From contig JAEMQS010000017.1 in assembly GCA_016463765.1 (NCBI GenBank), positions 10,168 through 74,167 of the forward strand: a stretch of DNA of 64,000 nt, written 5' to 3'. Shown one piece after another: positions 1 through 11,446 of this stretch; the stretch's first letter is position 1; each line of letters begins with the position of its first letter. Below the pieces are notes generated by a model. The model did not search any database. It saw only the letters and a program-made list of their open reading frames with translations, and was not told the origin of the DNA. A program made the translations under genes and the position numbers. Source of the DNA: Solirubrobacteraceae bacterium (GTDB taxonomy: Bacteria; Actinomycetota; Thermoleophilia; Solirubrobacterales; Solirubrobacteraceae).

Positions 1-1
1 C

Positions 2-3000
2 ACGCGCGCGCACGCGCACACGCGGGACAGCACCAGGAGGGTCCGCACCGAACCGGAGCTGCTGCTCGCCGACGTCGAGGAGTACGCCGAAGGGCTCGTC
101 TGCCTGTCGGGCTGCGCGCAGCACGGCGTCCGCGACGAGCCCACGATGCGGCGGCTGTGGCAGGTGTTCGGGTCCGAGTCCTTCCGCGTCGAGCTGCAGC
201 GCCCGATGCTCGCGTCCGACCGGGCGCGCAACCGCGGTCTCGCGGCGCTGGCCAAGCGGCTGGGCATCCCCACGGTGGCGACGGGCAACGTCCACGCGCA
301 CGCCCGGGCGCGGGCGTATCTCCAGGACGCGTTCGTCGCCGTGCGCAGCGGGCAGACGCTCGACGCGTCCGAGCCGCTGCGCCGCGGCAACCACAGCCAC
401 GTCCTGGCGAGCCCGAAGGCGATGGCGGCCCGCTTCGCCGACCACCCCGAGGCGGTGGCGGAGACCGCCCGCCTGGCCGACACGCTGACCTTCGACCTGC
501 GCAGCGACCTCGGCTACCGCTACCCGGGCGCGGAGGACGACCACGCGCCGCGGGAGCTCGCCGAGGTCTGTCGCCATCGCCTGGAGGAGCGCTACCCCCC
601 CGGGCACGAGCGGCGCGACCAGGCGCTGGCGCGGCTCGACGAGGAGCTGGCCATCATCGAGCGGCTCGGCCTCGCCGGGTTCTTCCTGCTGCACCGCGAC
701 CTGCTCGAGCTCGCCCGTGAGGTCGCCGTCGAGGTGCGCGGGCCCGACTCGGTGCGCGCCGTCCTGCCGCCCGGGCGCGGGCGCGGGTCCTCGGTGTCGT
801 CCATCGTCTGTTACCTGACGGGCCTGTCGCACGTGGACCCGCTCGTGGCCGAGCTGGGGCTCGGCCGGTTCCTCAACGACGACCTGCAGTCCCTGCCCGA
901 CATCGACCTCGACTTCCCGCGCGACATCCGTGCCGTGCTCATCCCGCGCGTGCACGAGCGCTACGGCCGCGAGCACTCCGCGCTGGTCGCCGCGTTCCCG
1001 ACGTACCGCGCGCGCGGCGCCATCCGCGATCTCGGCAAGGCGCTCGGCCTGCCGCCCGGGGAGATCGAACGGGTCGCGCGCGGGTCGGAGGGCTGGTCGT
1101 CGCGCAACGTCGACCAGGACATCGCCACCGCGCTCGGGCGGACCATCTCGAAGGAGGAGGCCGAAGCGGGTGCGCCACCGCCCAGCCGCTGGGACTGGCT
1201 CGCGCGTCTCGCCGACGAGGCGTACGGGCTGCCGCGCCATCTCTCCCAGCACTCCGGCGGAATGATCGTGGCGACGAGGCCGCTCGTGGACTGCGTGCCG
1301 CTCGTGCCCGCCGCGATGGAGGGCCGGCAGATGGCGCACTGGGACAAGGACTCGTGCTCGGACGCCGGCTTCCTGAAGATCGACCTGCTCGGCCTCGGGA
1401 TGCTCTCGTGCGTCGAGCGGTGCGTCGAGCTCATCCACGACCGCCGGCACGAGCGGATCGACCTCTCTCGCATCCCGCTCGACGACCCCGATACATACGA
1501 CGCGATCACCACGGCGGACACGACGGGCGTGTTCCAGATCGAGTCGCGCGCGCAGATGGCGTCGCTGCTGCGCACCCGGCCGCGGTCGCTGGAGGAGCTC
1601 ACGGTGCAGGTCGCGATCGTGCGGCCGGGGCCGATCGTCGGCGGGGCGGTCAACCCGTACATCGACCGGCTGCAGCGGCTGCGGGTCGACCCCACCTTCG
1701 AGGTGCCCTACCTGCACCACTCCCTGCGCGGCCCTCTCGCCGAAACGCTCGGGACGATCATCTTCCAGGACCAGGTCATCGAGGTCTCGCAGGCGTTCGC
1801 CGGGTTCACCGCTGGACAGGCCGAGAGCCTGCGCCGCGCGATGAGCCGCAAGCGCTCGGAGGCCGCGATCGAAGCGCATCACAGGGCGTTCGTCGAGGGT
1901 GCGCAGCGCACGCATCCCGATGTGACCGCCGCGCAGGCCGAGGCGGTGTTCGCGATGGTCGCGGGCTTCTCCGGATTCGGGTTCCCCAAGGCGCACGCCG
2001 CGGCGTTCGGCCTGCTCGCCTACCAGTCGACGTGGCTGCGTGTGCACTACGGGCCGGAGTTCCTGTGCTCGCTGCTCGACGAGCAGCCGATGGGCTTCTA
2101 CCCGCCCGACGCGCTCGTGCACGAGGCCCAGCGCCGCGGGATCGACGTGCTCGCGCCCGACGTCAATCACAGCGCCGTCGGCTGCACCGTGACCGACGAC
2201 GGTTCCGTGCGGGTCGGGCTCGGCTACGTCCTCGGGGTGCGGGCCGACCAGGTGCAGGCGCTCGTGGCCGAGCGCATGGCGTCCGGTCCGTTTCGGTCGT
2301 TGGAGGACCTCGCCTCGCGTGCGGGCGCCGGGCGGGCGGCGCTCGAACAGCTCGCGTGGTCGGGCGCGTGCGACGACCTGGCCGGCGGCGACCGCCGCGC
2401 CGCGCTGTGGCGCCTCGGGGTCGCCGCGCCGGGGGTCGAGCTCGGGCGCGGCGCGTCCTCGGAAGGCACGCAGCTGTCGCTGCCGCTGGACGTCGGCGCG
2501 ACGCCCGCGCTGCCGAAGCTCGACCGCTGGGGCGCGATGCTCGCCGACTACGCCACCACCGGCCTGACCGCCGCCGCGCATCCGCTCGCGTTGTTGCGCG
2601 ACGGCCTGGTCGCACGCGGGGCGGTCACCGCGCAGCAGCTGCGGGCGGTCCAGCACGGCGAGCGCGTGGTCGTCGGTGGGCTCACTGTCGCGCGGCAGCG
2701 CCCCGGCACCGCGAGCGGCATCGTGTTCCTGCTGCTCGAGGACGAGACGGGCACGATGAACCTCGTCGTCAAGCCCGAGATCTACGAGCGCGACCGGCTC
2801 GCGATCCGGACCGAGCCGCTGCTGGTCGCCGAGGGCGTGCTGGAGCGTCACCCGGCGGCGGCGGGCGGGATCAACGTGCTCGTCAGCCGGGTCCGGGCGC
2901 TGGAGACGCCGGTCGAGCGCCCGCGCGCGGAGGTAACCGACTTCCACCCGCTCGACGATGCCGAGCGCGAACGGCGAGCGGGAGAGGCCGGGGACTTCCG

Positions 3001-3049
3001 CGCCGTCGCGCCACCGGTGATGAGCTTCGCCCAGGGGAGGCGCCGATGA
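2..3049 (+). CDS. dnaE2: Error-prone DNA polymerase III alpha subunit (DnaE2), 5'-truncated by window edge
   Basis: Frame open from position 2 (PHP segment EGLVCLSGC). Motifs GRGSSVSSIVCY, PDIDLDF, PRHLSQHSGG, KIDLLGLGML, GFPKAHAAAF, QPMGFY, RQRPGTASG; C-terminal SFAQGRRR tail. Confidence 0.93.
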   Translation, partial: TRAHAHTRDSTRRVRTEPELLLADVEEYAEGLVCLSGCAQHGVRDEPTMRRLWQVFGSESFRVELQRPMLASDRARNRGLAALAKRLGIPTVATGNVHAHARARAYLQDAFVAVRSGQTLDASEPLRRGNHSHVLASPKAMAARFADHPEAVAETARLADTLTFDLRSDLGYRYPGAEDDHAPRELAEVCRHRLEERYPPGHERRDQALARLDEELAIIERLGLAGFFLLHRDLLELAREVAVEVRGPDSVRAVLPPGRGRGSSVSSIVCYLTGLSHVDPLVAELGLGRFLNDDLQSLPDIDLDFPRDIRAVLIPRVHERYGREHSALVAAFPTYRARGAIRDLGKALGLPPGEIERVARGSEGWSSRNVDQDIATALGRTISKEEAEAGAPPPSRWDWLARLADEAYGLPRHLSQHSGGMIVATRPLVDCVPLVPAAMEGRQMAHWDKDSCSDAGFLKIDLLGLGMLSCVERCVELIHDRRHERIDLSRIPLDDPDTYDAITTADTTGVFQIESRAQMASLLRTRPRSLEELTVQVAIVRPGPIVGGAVNPYIDRLQRLRVDPTFEVPYLHHSLRGPLAETLGTIIFQDQVIEVSQAFAGFTAGQAESLRRAMSRKRSEAAIEAHHRAFVEGAQRTHPDVTAAQAEAVFAMVAGFSGFGFPKAHAAAFGLLAYQSTWLRVHYGPEFLCSLLDEQPMGFYPPDALVHEAQRRGIDVLAPDVNHSAVGCTVTDDGSVRVGLGYVLGVRADQVQALVAERMASGPFRSLEDLASRAGAGRAALEQLAWSGACDDLAGGDRRAALWRLGVAAPGVELGRGASSEGTQLSLPLDVGATPALPKLDRWGAMLADYATTGLTAAAHPLALLRDGLVARGAVTAQQLRAVQHGERVVVGGLTVARQRPGTASGIVFLLLEDETGTMNLVVKPEIYERDRLAIRTEPLLVAEGVLERHPAAAGGINVLVSRVRALETPVERPRAEVTDFHPLDDAERERRAGEAGDFRAVAPPVMSFAQGRRR

Positions 3050-3106
3050 ACACCCGGTGACGAATCGTCCCCCGTCGGCCGAGGCCTGGGGTATGGTCGG
3101 CCGGCC

Positions 3107-3580
3107 ATGACGATCCTTCTCATCGCCGCCGCCTTCGTCTTCATCGCGATCATCATCGTGCTCGCCGCGATGCGGGCCGGTCCGCGCAAGGGCCCGCAGC
3201 CCTCGGGCGGGAACGGCGGGTTCATCCTGGCGATGCTCGCGATCACGCTGTTCGGGCTGGGCGTCCCGGCCTACGGCATCGTGCACAACGCCGAGGAGCA
3301 GAGCGACGAGGCGACGAGCGGGATCGAGCTCACGTCCGCGGAGGTCGACGGGCGTGACATGTTCAAGCAGAGCTGCGCGACATGCCACGCGCTCGAGGAC
3401 GCCGCGGCGGTCGGTGCGGTCGGCCCGAATCTCGACGAGCTGCGTCCCGCGCCGGAGCTGACGGTGAACGCGATCGAGCTCGGTCGCGCACGCGGTCAGG
3501 GCCAGATGCCGGCGGGGCTGCTGAACAACCAGGACGCCGAGGAAGTCGCGAACTACATCGCCAAGGTGGCGGGACGCTGA
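3107..3580 (+). CDS. Membrane-anchored c-type cytochrome
   Basis: Two N-terminal hydrophobic helices, CATCH heme motif, GPNLD, QMPAG axial Met. Confidence 0.88.
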   Translation: MTILLIAAAFVFIAIIIVLAAMRAGPRKGPQPSGGNGGFILAMLAITLFGLGVPAYGIVHNAEEQSDEATSGIELTSAEVDGRDMFKQSCATCHALEDAAAVGAVGPNLDELRPAPELTVNAIELGRARGQGQMPAGLLNNQDAEEVANYIAKVAGR

Positions 3581-3659
3581 CCCGTGTGTGACCGCGCGCA
3601 CACGGTTCCGACCGGGGCACTCTCCATAATCTCCACGCATATGCAGGGAAAACGAGCCC

Positions 3660-3668
3660 TGGTACGAT
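3660..3668 (+). promoter_or_regulatory. Extended -10 promoter element (TG-n-TACGAT) upstream of the riboswitch
   Basis: TGGTACGAT about 10 nt before the riboswitch 5' end. Confidence 0.55.
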
Positions 3669-3675
3669 GCCCACT

Positions 3676-3810
3676 GTCAAACGCCGAGTCCGCGCTGCCG
3701 TATGGCGTGGATCGGGGGACCCAGAAGTTGGGGCGAATCGACCTCCCGAGGTCGTAGCGCAGCTCTTTCAGCGCGAGCCCGTCAGCTAACCCCGAAGGCA
3801 CGGAAAGAGG
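3676..3810 (+). ncRNA. Cyclic di-AMP riboswitch (ydaO/yuaA class)
   Basis: Consensus blocks in order: CGCCGAGTCC, GATCGGGGGACCCA, TGGGGCGAATC, GTAG-CGC...GCG-CGAGCCCGTCAGCTAACCCCGAAGGC, followed by SD GAAAGAGG. Confidence 0.92.
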
Positions 3811-3824
3811 ACACCCACCCGCAC

Positions 3825-4436
3825 ATGGCTGATACGCAGCTCCAGTCCTGGTGGACTGACGTGGAGCATCTCCGTGAAGGCTATGAACGCCGTCGTGAGG
3901 CTGACGTCGAGCCCGCACGCCGCTTTGAGCGCATCCGCGAGCAGTCCGACGGACGCTTCGCCCGTGGTCAGCAGGCCGTGGCGCCCGCGCCCGCGCTGGT
4001 CGAGCGTGAGCCCGTGATGGCCGACCTGGCGCCCGTGGACGACCTGCTCGCAGGATGGGACGCCGATCGCCCGGCCGGTCCGATCGTGCGCGAGATCGTG
4101 CTGGAGCGCGACGACGCGCCGCGCCGACCGCGCCGCGAGGTGGCAACGAACTTCTCGACCGACCGTGATCCGAACGCGCCACGTGACGTCGAAGTCGCCG
4201 AGCTCCGTGGCGGTCGCCGCACCGTCGAGATCCGTGGTCGCACCGTCGCGTCGCCGACGCCGACGGCTGATCATGGCGCAGCGGTGGCACCCGCCGTCCG
4301 CCGGCGTGAGTCTGGTGGCGCCGTCGAGGTCTTCGGTCAGCGGCCCGACCGTATCGCCCTGTGGGCGCTGCTCCTGGGCATCGTGCTGATCCTCGTCGCC
4401 ATGGGCAGTGGCGACGCTTCCGCCGCCACGTTCTAG
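3825..4436 (+). CDS. Hypothetical protein, charged/disordered with one C-terminal TM helix; riboswitch-controlled
   Basis: ATG 3825 follows the SD at the riboswitch 3' end; R/E/D/P-rich body; C-terminal RPDRIALWALLLGIVLILVAM. Confidence 0.75.
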   Translation: MADTQLQSWWTDVEHLREGYERRREADVEPARRFERIREQSDGRFARGQQAVAPAPALVEREPVMADLAPVDDLLAGWDADRPAGPIVREIVLERDDAPRRPRREVATNFSTDRDPNAPRDVEVAELRGGRRTVEIRGRTVASPTPTADHGAAVAPAVRRRESGGAVEVFGQRPDRIALWALLLGIVLILVAMGSGDASAATF

Positions 4437-4566
4437 CCCCGCACCAGGATCCTGAGCGCGGCTTAGGGTTCCACTGAACCTGTCTTTAGGCAGCCTCCGT
4501 AGAAAGAGCAGGCAGCCTCGAACGAACCGTCGATCGAGGCAGTCCCACTCCCCCGGAAGGTCCCCC

Positions 4567-5130
4567 ATGAAGACAGCAGCCAGCAGGTTCCCGATCCACG
4601 ACGATCTCACCGCGCCCGAGGGCTCGATCCCCGTGCTGCGCGGAGCGATGGCCACCGGCGGTCAGCTCCCGAACTTCCTGGGTGTGCTGGCTGGTTCCCC
4701 GGCGGCGCTGCGCGGCTATGCACGGATGCGCTCAGAACTCCGGCGCGGCAGTCTGCCCGCGGCCACGCTTGAGCGGATCGCGCTGGCCGTCGCGGAGCAT
4801 CACGGCTCCCATCCGCAGATCGCCATGCACAGCCGGACCGCGCGTCTCGCCGGGCTCGGGATCGACGAGGTCGCCGCCGCGCGCCGGTGGAACTCCGCCG
4901 ACGAGCAGGAGGCCGCGATGCTGCGGTTCCTGCAGCCGCTCGTCGGCGCCAAGGGCAAGTCGCCCGCGTACCTCAAGGAGGAGGCGCTCGAGGCCGGCTG
5001 GACCGAGGAGCAGCTCCTCGAGGCCATCGCGACCGTCGCGCTCGAGTCGTTCACGGCGATGATCAACGTCGCCGGTGACGTCCCGGTCGACGGGTCCGTG
5101 GAGGAGACGCGCACCCTGCGCGTCGCCTGA
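4567..5130 (+). CDS. Carboxymuconolactone decarboxylase/AhpD-like protein (no Cys)
   Basis: LPNFLGVLAGSPAAL, ERIALAVA, EAGWTEEQLLEAIA are typical of the CMD/AhpD fold; CxxC absent. Confidence 0.8.
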   Translation: MKTAASRFPIHDDLTAPEGSIPVLRGAMATGGQLPNFLGVLAGSPAALRGYARMRSELRRGSLPAATLERIALAVAEHHGSHPQIAMHSRTARLAGLGIDEVAAARRWNSADEQEAAMLRFLQPLVGAKGKSPAYLKEEALEAGWTEEQLLEAIATVALESFTAMINVAGDVPVDGSVEETRTLRVA

Positions 5131-5138
5131 TCGACCAA

Positions 5139-5175
5139 CCGCACCGCCGTGAGGTTCGACCGCATGGCGGTGCGG
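5139..5175 (+). terminator. GC-rich stem-loop after the AhpD-like gene
   Basis: CCGCACCGCCGTG...CATGGCGGTGCGG inverted repeat. Confidence 0.55.
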
Positions 5176-5206
5176 CGCAACCGCGCTCCTCGCTAGGGTC
5201 CGCGCC

Positions 5207-6544
5207 ATGGCCGATCTTCCGAAGACCACCGAGGACGTCAAGGCGCTCGTCCAGGAGCACAACATCCGGTTCATCCGGCTCTGGTTCACGGACATCCTCG
5301 GTCAGCTGAAGTCCTTCTCGATCAACGCGGAGGAGCTCGACGACGCGTTCGAGGGCGGGATGGGCTTCGACGGCTCCTCGATCACCGGCTTCAACGCCAT
5401 CGAGGAGTCCGACATGATCGCCATGCCGGACCCGACGACCTTCGCGCTGCTGCCGTGGCGTCCCGAGGAGCAGGGTGTCGCGCGCATGTTCGCCGACGTC
5501 CAGACGCCCGAGCGCACCCCGTACGAGGGCGACCCGCGCCATGTCCTGCGTCGCGCGCTCGAACGGGCGAAGTCGATGGGCTTCGACACCTTCAACGTCG
5601 GGCCCGAGCTCGAGTACTTCCTCTTCAAGGACAAGAACGGCACCGAGGTGCTCGACGAGGGCGGCTACTTCGACCTCACGACGCTTGACGCCGGCTCTGA
5701 CGTTCGCCGCGAGACCGTTCTCGCCCTCGAGCAGCTCGGCATCCACGTCGAGTACAGCCACCACGAGGTCGGCCCGTCGCAGCACGAGGTCGACATGCGC
5801 TACGCCGACGCCATGAAGATGGCCGACGACTGCATGACCTACCGCATCACGGTCAAGGAGTACGCGCTGAAGTACGGCTGGCACGCGACGTTCATGCCCA
5901 AGCCGCTGTTCGGCGAGAACGGCTCGGGCATGCACACGCACATGAGCCTGTTCAACGGCGGCAAGAACGCGTTCTTCGACGCCGACGACCCGTACTTCCT
6001 CAGCGACGTGGGCAAGGCGTTCATCGCCGGCCAGCTGCGCCACGCACGCGAGATGAGCTCGATCTTCGCCCAGTGGGTCAACTCCTACAAGCGTCTGGTC
6101 CCGGGCTACGAGGCGCCGGTGTACGTGGCGTGGTCGCGCCGCAACCGCTCCGCGCTGGTGCGCGTGCCGCTGTACCACCCCGGCAAGGAGCAGACCACGC
6201 GGATGGAGCTGCGCTGCCCGGACCCGGCGTGCAACCCGTACCTGACGTTCGCGGTGCTGCTGCAGGCCGGCCTGGAGGGCATCGAGAAGGGCTACGAGCT
6301 GCCCGAGCCGATGGAGAAGAACCTCTACCACCTGGCCCCCGACGACCGGAAGCGGCTCGGCATCGAGCAGCTCCCGGAGACCCTCGGCGAGGCAATCGAG
6401 CTGACCGCCGAGAGCGAGCTCGTCCTGCGGACGCTCGGCGAGCACATGTTCAACCGCTACGTCGAGATCAAGCGCCAGGAGTGGGAGGACTACCGCGTGC
6501 AGGTCACGCAGTGGGAGCTCGATCGGTATCTGCCCGTCCTCTGA
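5207..6544 (+). CDS. glnA: Glutamine synthetase type I (GSI-alpha-like)
   Basis: FDGSSI, EESDM, GPELEYF, HHEVGPSQHE, TFMPKP, NGSGMH, NSYKRLVPGYEAP, ELRCPDPACNPY. Confidence 0.95.
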   Translation: MADLPKTTEDVKALVQEHNIRFIRLWFTDILGQLKSFSINAEELDDAFEGGMGFDGSSITGFNAIEESDMIAMPDPTTFALLPWRPEEQGVARMFADVQTPERTPYEGDPRHVLRRALERAKSMGFDTFNVGPELEYFLFKDKNGTEVLDEGGYFDLTTLDAGSDVRRETVLALEQLGIHVEYSHHEVGPSQHEVDMRYADAMKMADDCMTYRITVKEYALKYGWHATFMPKPLFGENGSGMHTHMSLFNGGKNAFFDADDPYFLSDVGKAFIAGQLRHAREMSSIFAQWVNSYKRLVPGYEAPVYVAWSRRNRSALVRVPLYHPGKEQTTRMELRCPDPACNPYLTFAVLLQAGLEGIEKGYELPEPMEKNLYHLAPDDRKRLGIEQLPETLGEAIELTAESELVLRTLGEHMFNRYVEIKRQEWEDYRVQVTQWELDRYLPVL

Positions 6545-6608
6545 GTCCGAGATCGAGCCCGCGGATGAGCGCCCGAAGCTCATCCGCAAGCTCGCAGAGC
6601 AGCGCGAG

Positions 6609-6929
6609 GTGCACCGGGCCCGGCCGCGCGTCATCCGCGTGCTCTACGCCGCGGTGGGCGTCACGGTGCTGCTCGCCGGGCTGATCATGCTCGTCACACC
6701 GGGGCCGGCGTTCGCGATCATCCCGATCGGTCTCTTCATCCTCGCGCTGGAGTTCACCTGGGCCGAGGCGGCGCTGGAGAAGTCCCTCGAACAGGCCGAC
6801 AAGGCCAAGCAGAAGGCCGCCCAGACGACGCGCACCCAGCGGGTGCTCACCGCGACGGCCGTCGTGCTGGCCGTCGCGGCGGTGGTGGCGTGGGCACTGA
6901 TGGGGGACATCCCCGTCGTGCCCGTCTGA
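6609..6929 (+). CDS. Small membrane protein (PGPGW/TIGR02611-like)
   Basis: LVTPGPAF...LALEFTWA motif, 3 hydrophobic segments; true start may be upstream. Confidence 0.75.
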   Translation: MHRARPRVIRVLYAAVGVTVLLAGLIMLVTPGPAFAIIPIGLFILALEFTWAEAALEKSLEQADKAKQKAAQTTRTQRVLTATAVVLAVAAVVAWALMGDIPVVPV

Positions 6930-6932
6930 TCG

Positions 6933-9332
6933 TCAGACCGGTTCGGTCACGGGCTCCGCGGCGGGCTCGTCGGGGTCGTCGATCTGCTCCTCGGCGTGGC
7001 CCTCCTCCTGCGCGAGCGACGATGGCCACCAGATCTTCGGCCCGATGATCTCCACGAGCGCGGGGACGAGGACCGACCGCACGAGGAAGGTGTCGAGCAG
7101 CACGCCGAAGGCGACGACGAACCCGATCTGCGTGAGGAACACGAGCGGCAGCACCGCGAGCACGCTGAACGTGCCCGCGAGCACGATGCCCGCGGCGGTG
7201 ATGACGCCGCCGGTGACCGCGACCGCCCGGACCATGCCGCGTCTCGTCCCGTACGTGACCGTCTCCTCCCGGGCACGTGTCATGAGGAAGATGTTGTAGT
7301 CGACCCCCAGCGCGACGAGGAAGATGAAGCAGAACAGCGGCAGGCCCGGATCGCTGCCCGGGAAGCCGAACACGACGTCGAAGACCACGGCGCCCACACC
7401 GAGCGCCGCGAAGAACGACAGCACGACGGTGGCGATGAGCAGCAACGGCGCCACGACGGAGCGCAGCAGCAGCAGCAGGATCACGAAGACGATCACCAGC
7501 GCCAGCGGCATGAGCAGCACGTTGTCGTCTGACGACGCGGTGCGCAGATCGGCCTCGACCGCCGTCGAGCCGCCCACGAGCCCCTCGGGCACGACCTCCT
7601 GCACCGCGTCACGGAGTTGCGGAATGACGTCGAACGCCTCGGTCGAGTACGGGTCCAGCTGGAGGAACGCGGCGAGCTGGACGTAGCCGCCGCCCTGGGC
7701 GACGGGTTCCGGCGGCACCGCGGCGACGCCCTCGATCCCGGATGCGGCCTCCACAACCGCGGGGATGTCGGTGCCCTCCGGCACGACGATGTCGGTCGGC
7801 GCCGACTGGCCCGACGGGAACGCCTGGGCGATGACCTCCTGGCCGGCGATCGATTCGACCTCGCCACGGAACGAGTTGCCCTGGGTCAGCCCGTCGTCGA
7901 AGTTCAACAGGCCGAGGCTGAACACGAGCAGGACGATCGTGGACACGACCGCGACGGGCACGGGCCGCTTGGCGACCCGCTCGGCGACGCGCCGCCAGGC
8001 GCCGTGTGTCTCGTCCGCGCCCTCGTGGTCGGAGGAGAAGCGGTGCTCGATGCGGAGGAAGACCTTGCGATCGAGGATCGGGCCGGCGAAGTAGAAGAAC
8101 AGACCCAGGACGATGACCACGACGATCGCGGGAATCGCCAGCGTGGGCACGGTCGCGAGCAGGCCGATGATCAGGAACGTCGTCACCGCCGGGCCGATCC
8201 GGTCCGTCACCCACGACAGGCCGGGCACCCGCATCGGGGTGTGGTCCGGGGCATCGGGACCCTCGGGGCCGTACGGCACGAACGGCCAGAAGCGGCGGCG
8301 GCCGACGATGACCAGGACGGCCGGCAGGAACGTCAGCATCGAGATGACGGCGATCGCGACGCCCATCGCCCCGACCGGTCCCAGGCCGGCGGTGCCGTTG
8401 ACCTTCGCCAGCGCCAGCGAAAGCAGTGCGGCCGACACGGTGGCGCCGGAGGCCAGGATCGCCGGGCCCGCGCGGCGCAGGGCGATGGCCATCGCCTCGT
8501 GTTTGTCCTGGTGCTTGTGCAACTCCTCGCGATATCGCGCGACGAGCAGCAGCGCGTAGTCGGTGCCCGCGCCGATCACGAGGACCGACAGGATCGACGA
8601 CGACTGCCCGTTGACCGTGACGCCGACCTCGGTGAGCCCGTAGCCCAGGCCGCGCGCGGCGATCTCCGCGAACACGACCGCCAGGATCGGGAAGAACCAG
8701 AAGACCGGGCTGCGGTAGATGATGATCAGCAGGAAGATGACGAGCCCGAGCGCGGCCGCCACCAGCGTGCCGTTGATGTTCTCGAAGACCTTGATGGCGT
8801 CGGCCGAGACGCCCGCCGGGCCGGTGACCTTCACCACGAGGCCGTCCTCGTCGCGCGAGACGGCGTCGCGATAGTCCTCGACGGGGTCGATGATGTCGCC
8901 GCTCTCGCCGGTGCCGGTGATCTGGTTGCTGATCAGCGCGGTCGTGCCGTCCTCGGAGAGCTGGAACTCCGCGCCCGCTCGCGGGCCCTCGGGGTTGCCG
9001 AACTCCGACGTGTTCCGGTACTCCGCCGTCGCCTCGTTGAGCTTGGCGATGTCGGCCACGATCGCCTGCTTGTCGGCGTCCGTGAGCCCGTCGTCGCGCC
9101 GGTAGACGATGACGGTGGGCGCCTTCTCGCCGTCGTTGAGCTCCTCGGTGATCTCGAGGGCCTTCGTCGATTCGGCATCACCTGGGAGGAAGGACGTGGA
9201 TTCGTTCTTCTCGGCGTCGGTGAACTTCTCGGGCAGGCCGGTGGCGATCGTGCCGACGACGATCAGGATCCAGGCGAAGAAGACGATCCACTTCGCACGA
9301 GGGCCGGCAGGGAAGGCGAAGAGTGAGCTCAT
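6933..9332 (-). CDS. MMPL (RND) family transporter
   Basis: GAGTDYALLLVARYREEL and ALGVDYNIFLMTRAREE repeats. Confidence 0.93.
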   Translation of the reverse strand: MSSLFAFPAGPRAKWIVFFAWILIVVGTIATGLPEKFTDAEKNESTSFLPGDAESTKALEITEELNDGEKAPTVIVYRRDDGLTDADKQAIVADIAKLNEATAEYRNTSEFGNPEGPRAGAEFQLSEDGTTALISNQITGTGESGDIIDPVEDYRDAVSRDEDGLVVKVTGPAGVSADAIKVFENINGTLVAAALGLVIFLLIIIYRSPVFWFFPILAVVFAEIAARGLGYGLTEVGVTVNGQSSSILSVLVIGAGTDYALLLVARYREELHKHQDKHEAMAIALRRAGPAILASGATVSAALLSLALAKVNGTAGLGPVGAMGVAIAVISMLTFLPAVLVIVGRRRFWPFVPYGPEGPDAPDHTPMRVPGLSWVTDRIGPAVTTFLIIGLLATVPTLAIPAIVVVIVLGLFFYFAGPILDRKVFLRIEHRFSSDHEGADETHGAWRRVAERVAKRPVPVAVVSTIVLLVFSLGLLNFDDGLTQGNSFRGEVESIAGQEVIAQAFPSGQSAPTDIVVPEGTDIPAVVEAASGIEGVAAVPPEPVAQGGGYVQLAAFLQLDPYSTEAFDVIPQLRDAVQEVVPEGLVGGSTAVEADLRTASSDDNVLLMPLALVIVFVILLLLLRSVVAPLLLIATVVLSFFAALGVGAVVFDVVFGFPGSDPGLPLFCFIFLVALGVDYNIFLMTRAREETVTYGTRRGMVRAVAVTGGVITAAGIVLAGTFSVLAVLPLVFLTQIGFVVAFGVLLDTFLVRSVLVPALVEIIGPKIWWPSSLAQEEGHAEEQIDDPDEPAAEPVTEPV

Positions 9333-9425
9333 GACAGGGGGAGGTTCTACCAGTGGTCGGGGGTCGTCGCAGATACGAGACCGTGAAGCCCGCCGGTTCT
9401 CATCGGTCCGGCGCGAAGAGTGTTG

Positions 9426-11402
<1,977 letters not shown>

Positions 11403-11446
11403 GGACCCGAGGCTATCCCTCGCGCCCGTGCCCTGACGCGGGCAGG

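Noticed and set aside
4462-4566. Guanidine-I (ykkC) or SAM-IV riboswitch suggested by TAGGGTTCC and GGCAGCCTCCGT
   Set aside because: The 3' guanidine-I element (GGGANAAAAGCCCGGG) and the other SAM-IV core blocks are absent; TAGGGT is better explained as a -10 box
5207-6544. glnA as gamma-glutamylmethylamide synthetase (GmaS) for the amine pathway
   Set aside because: It has canonical GSI motifs (FDGSSI, EESDM, GYEAP) rather than GmaS-type FAGFA, and lies 23 kb from the cluster
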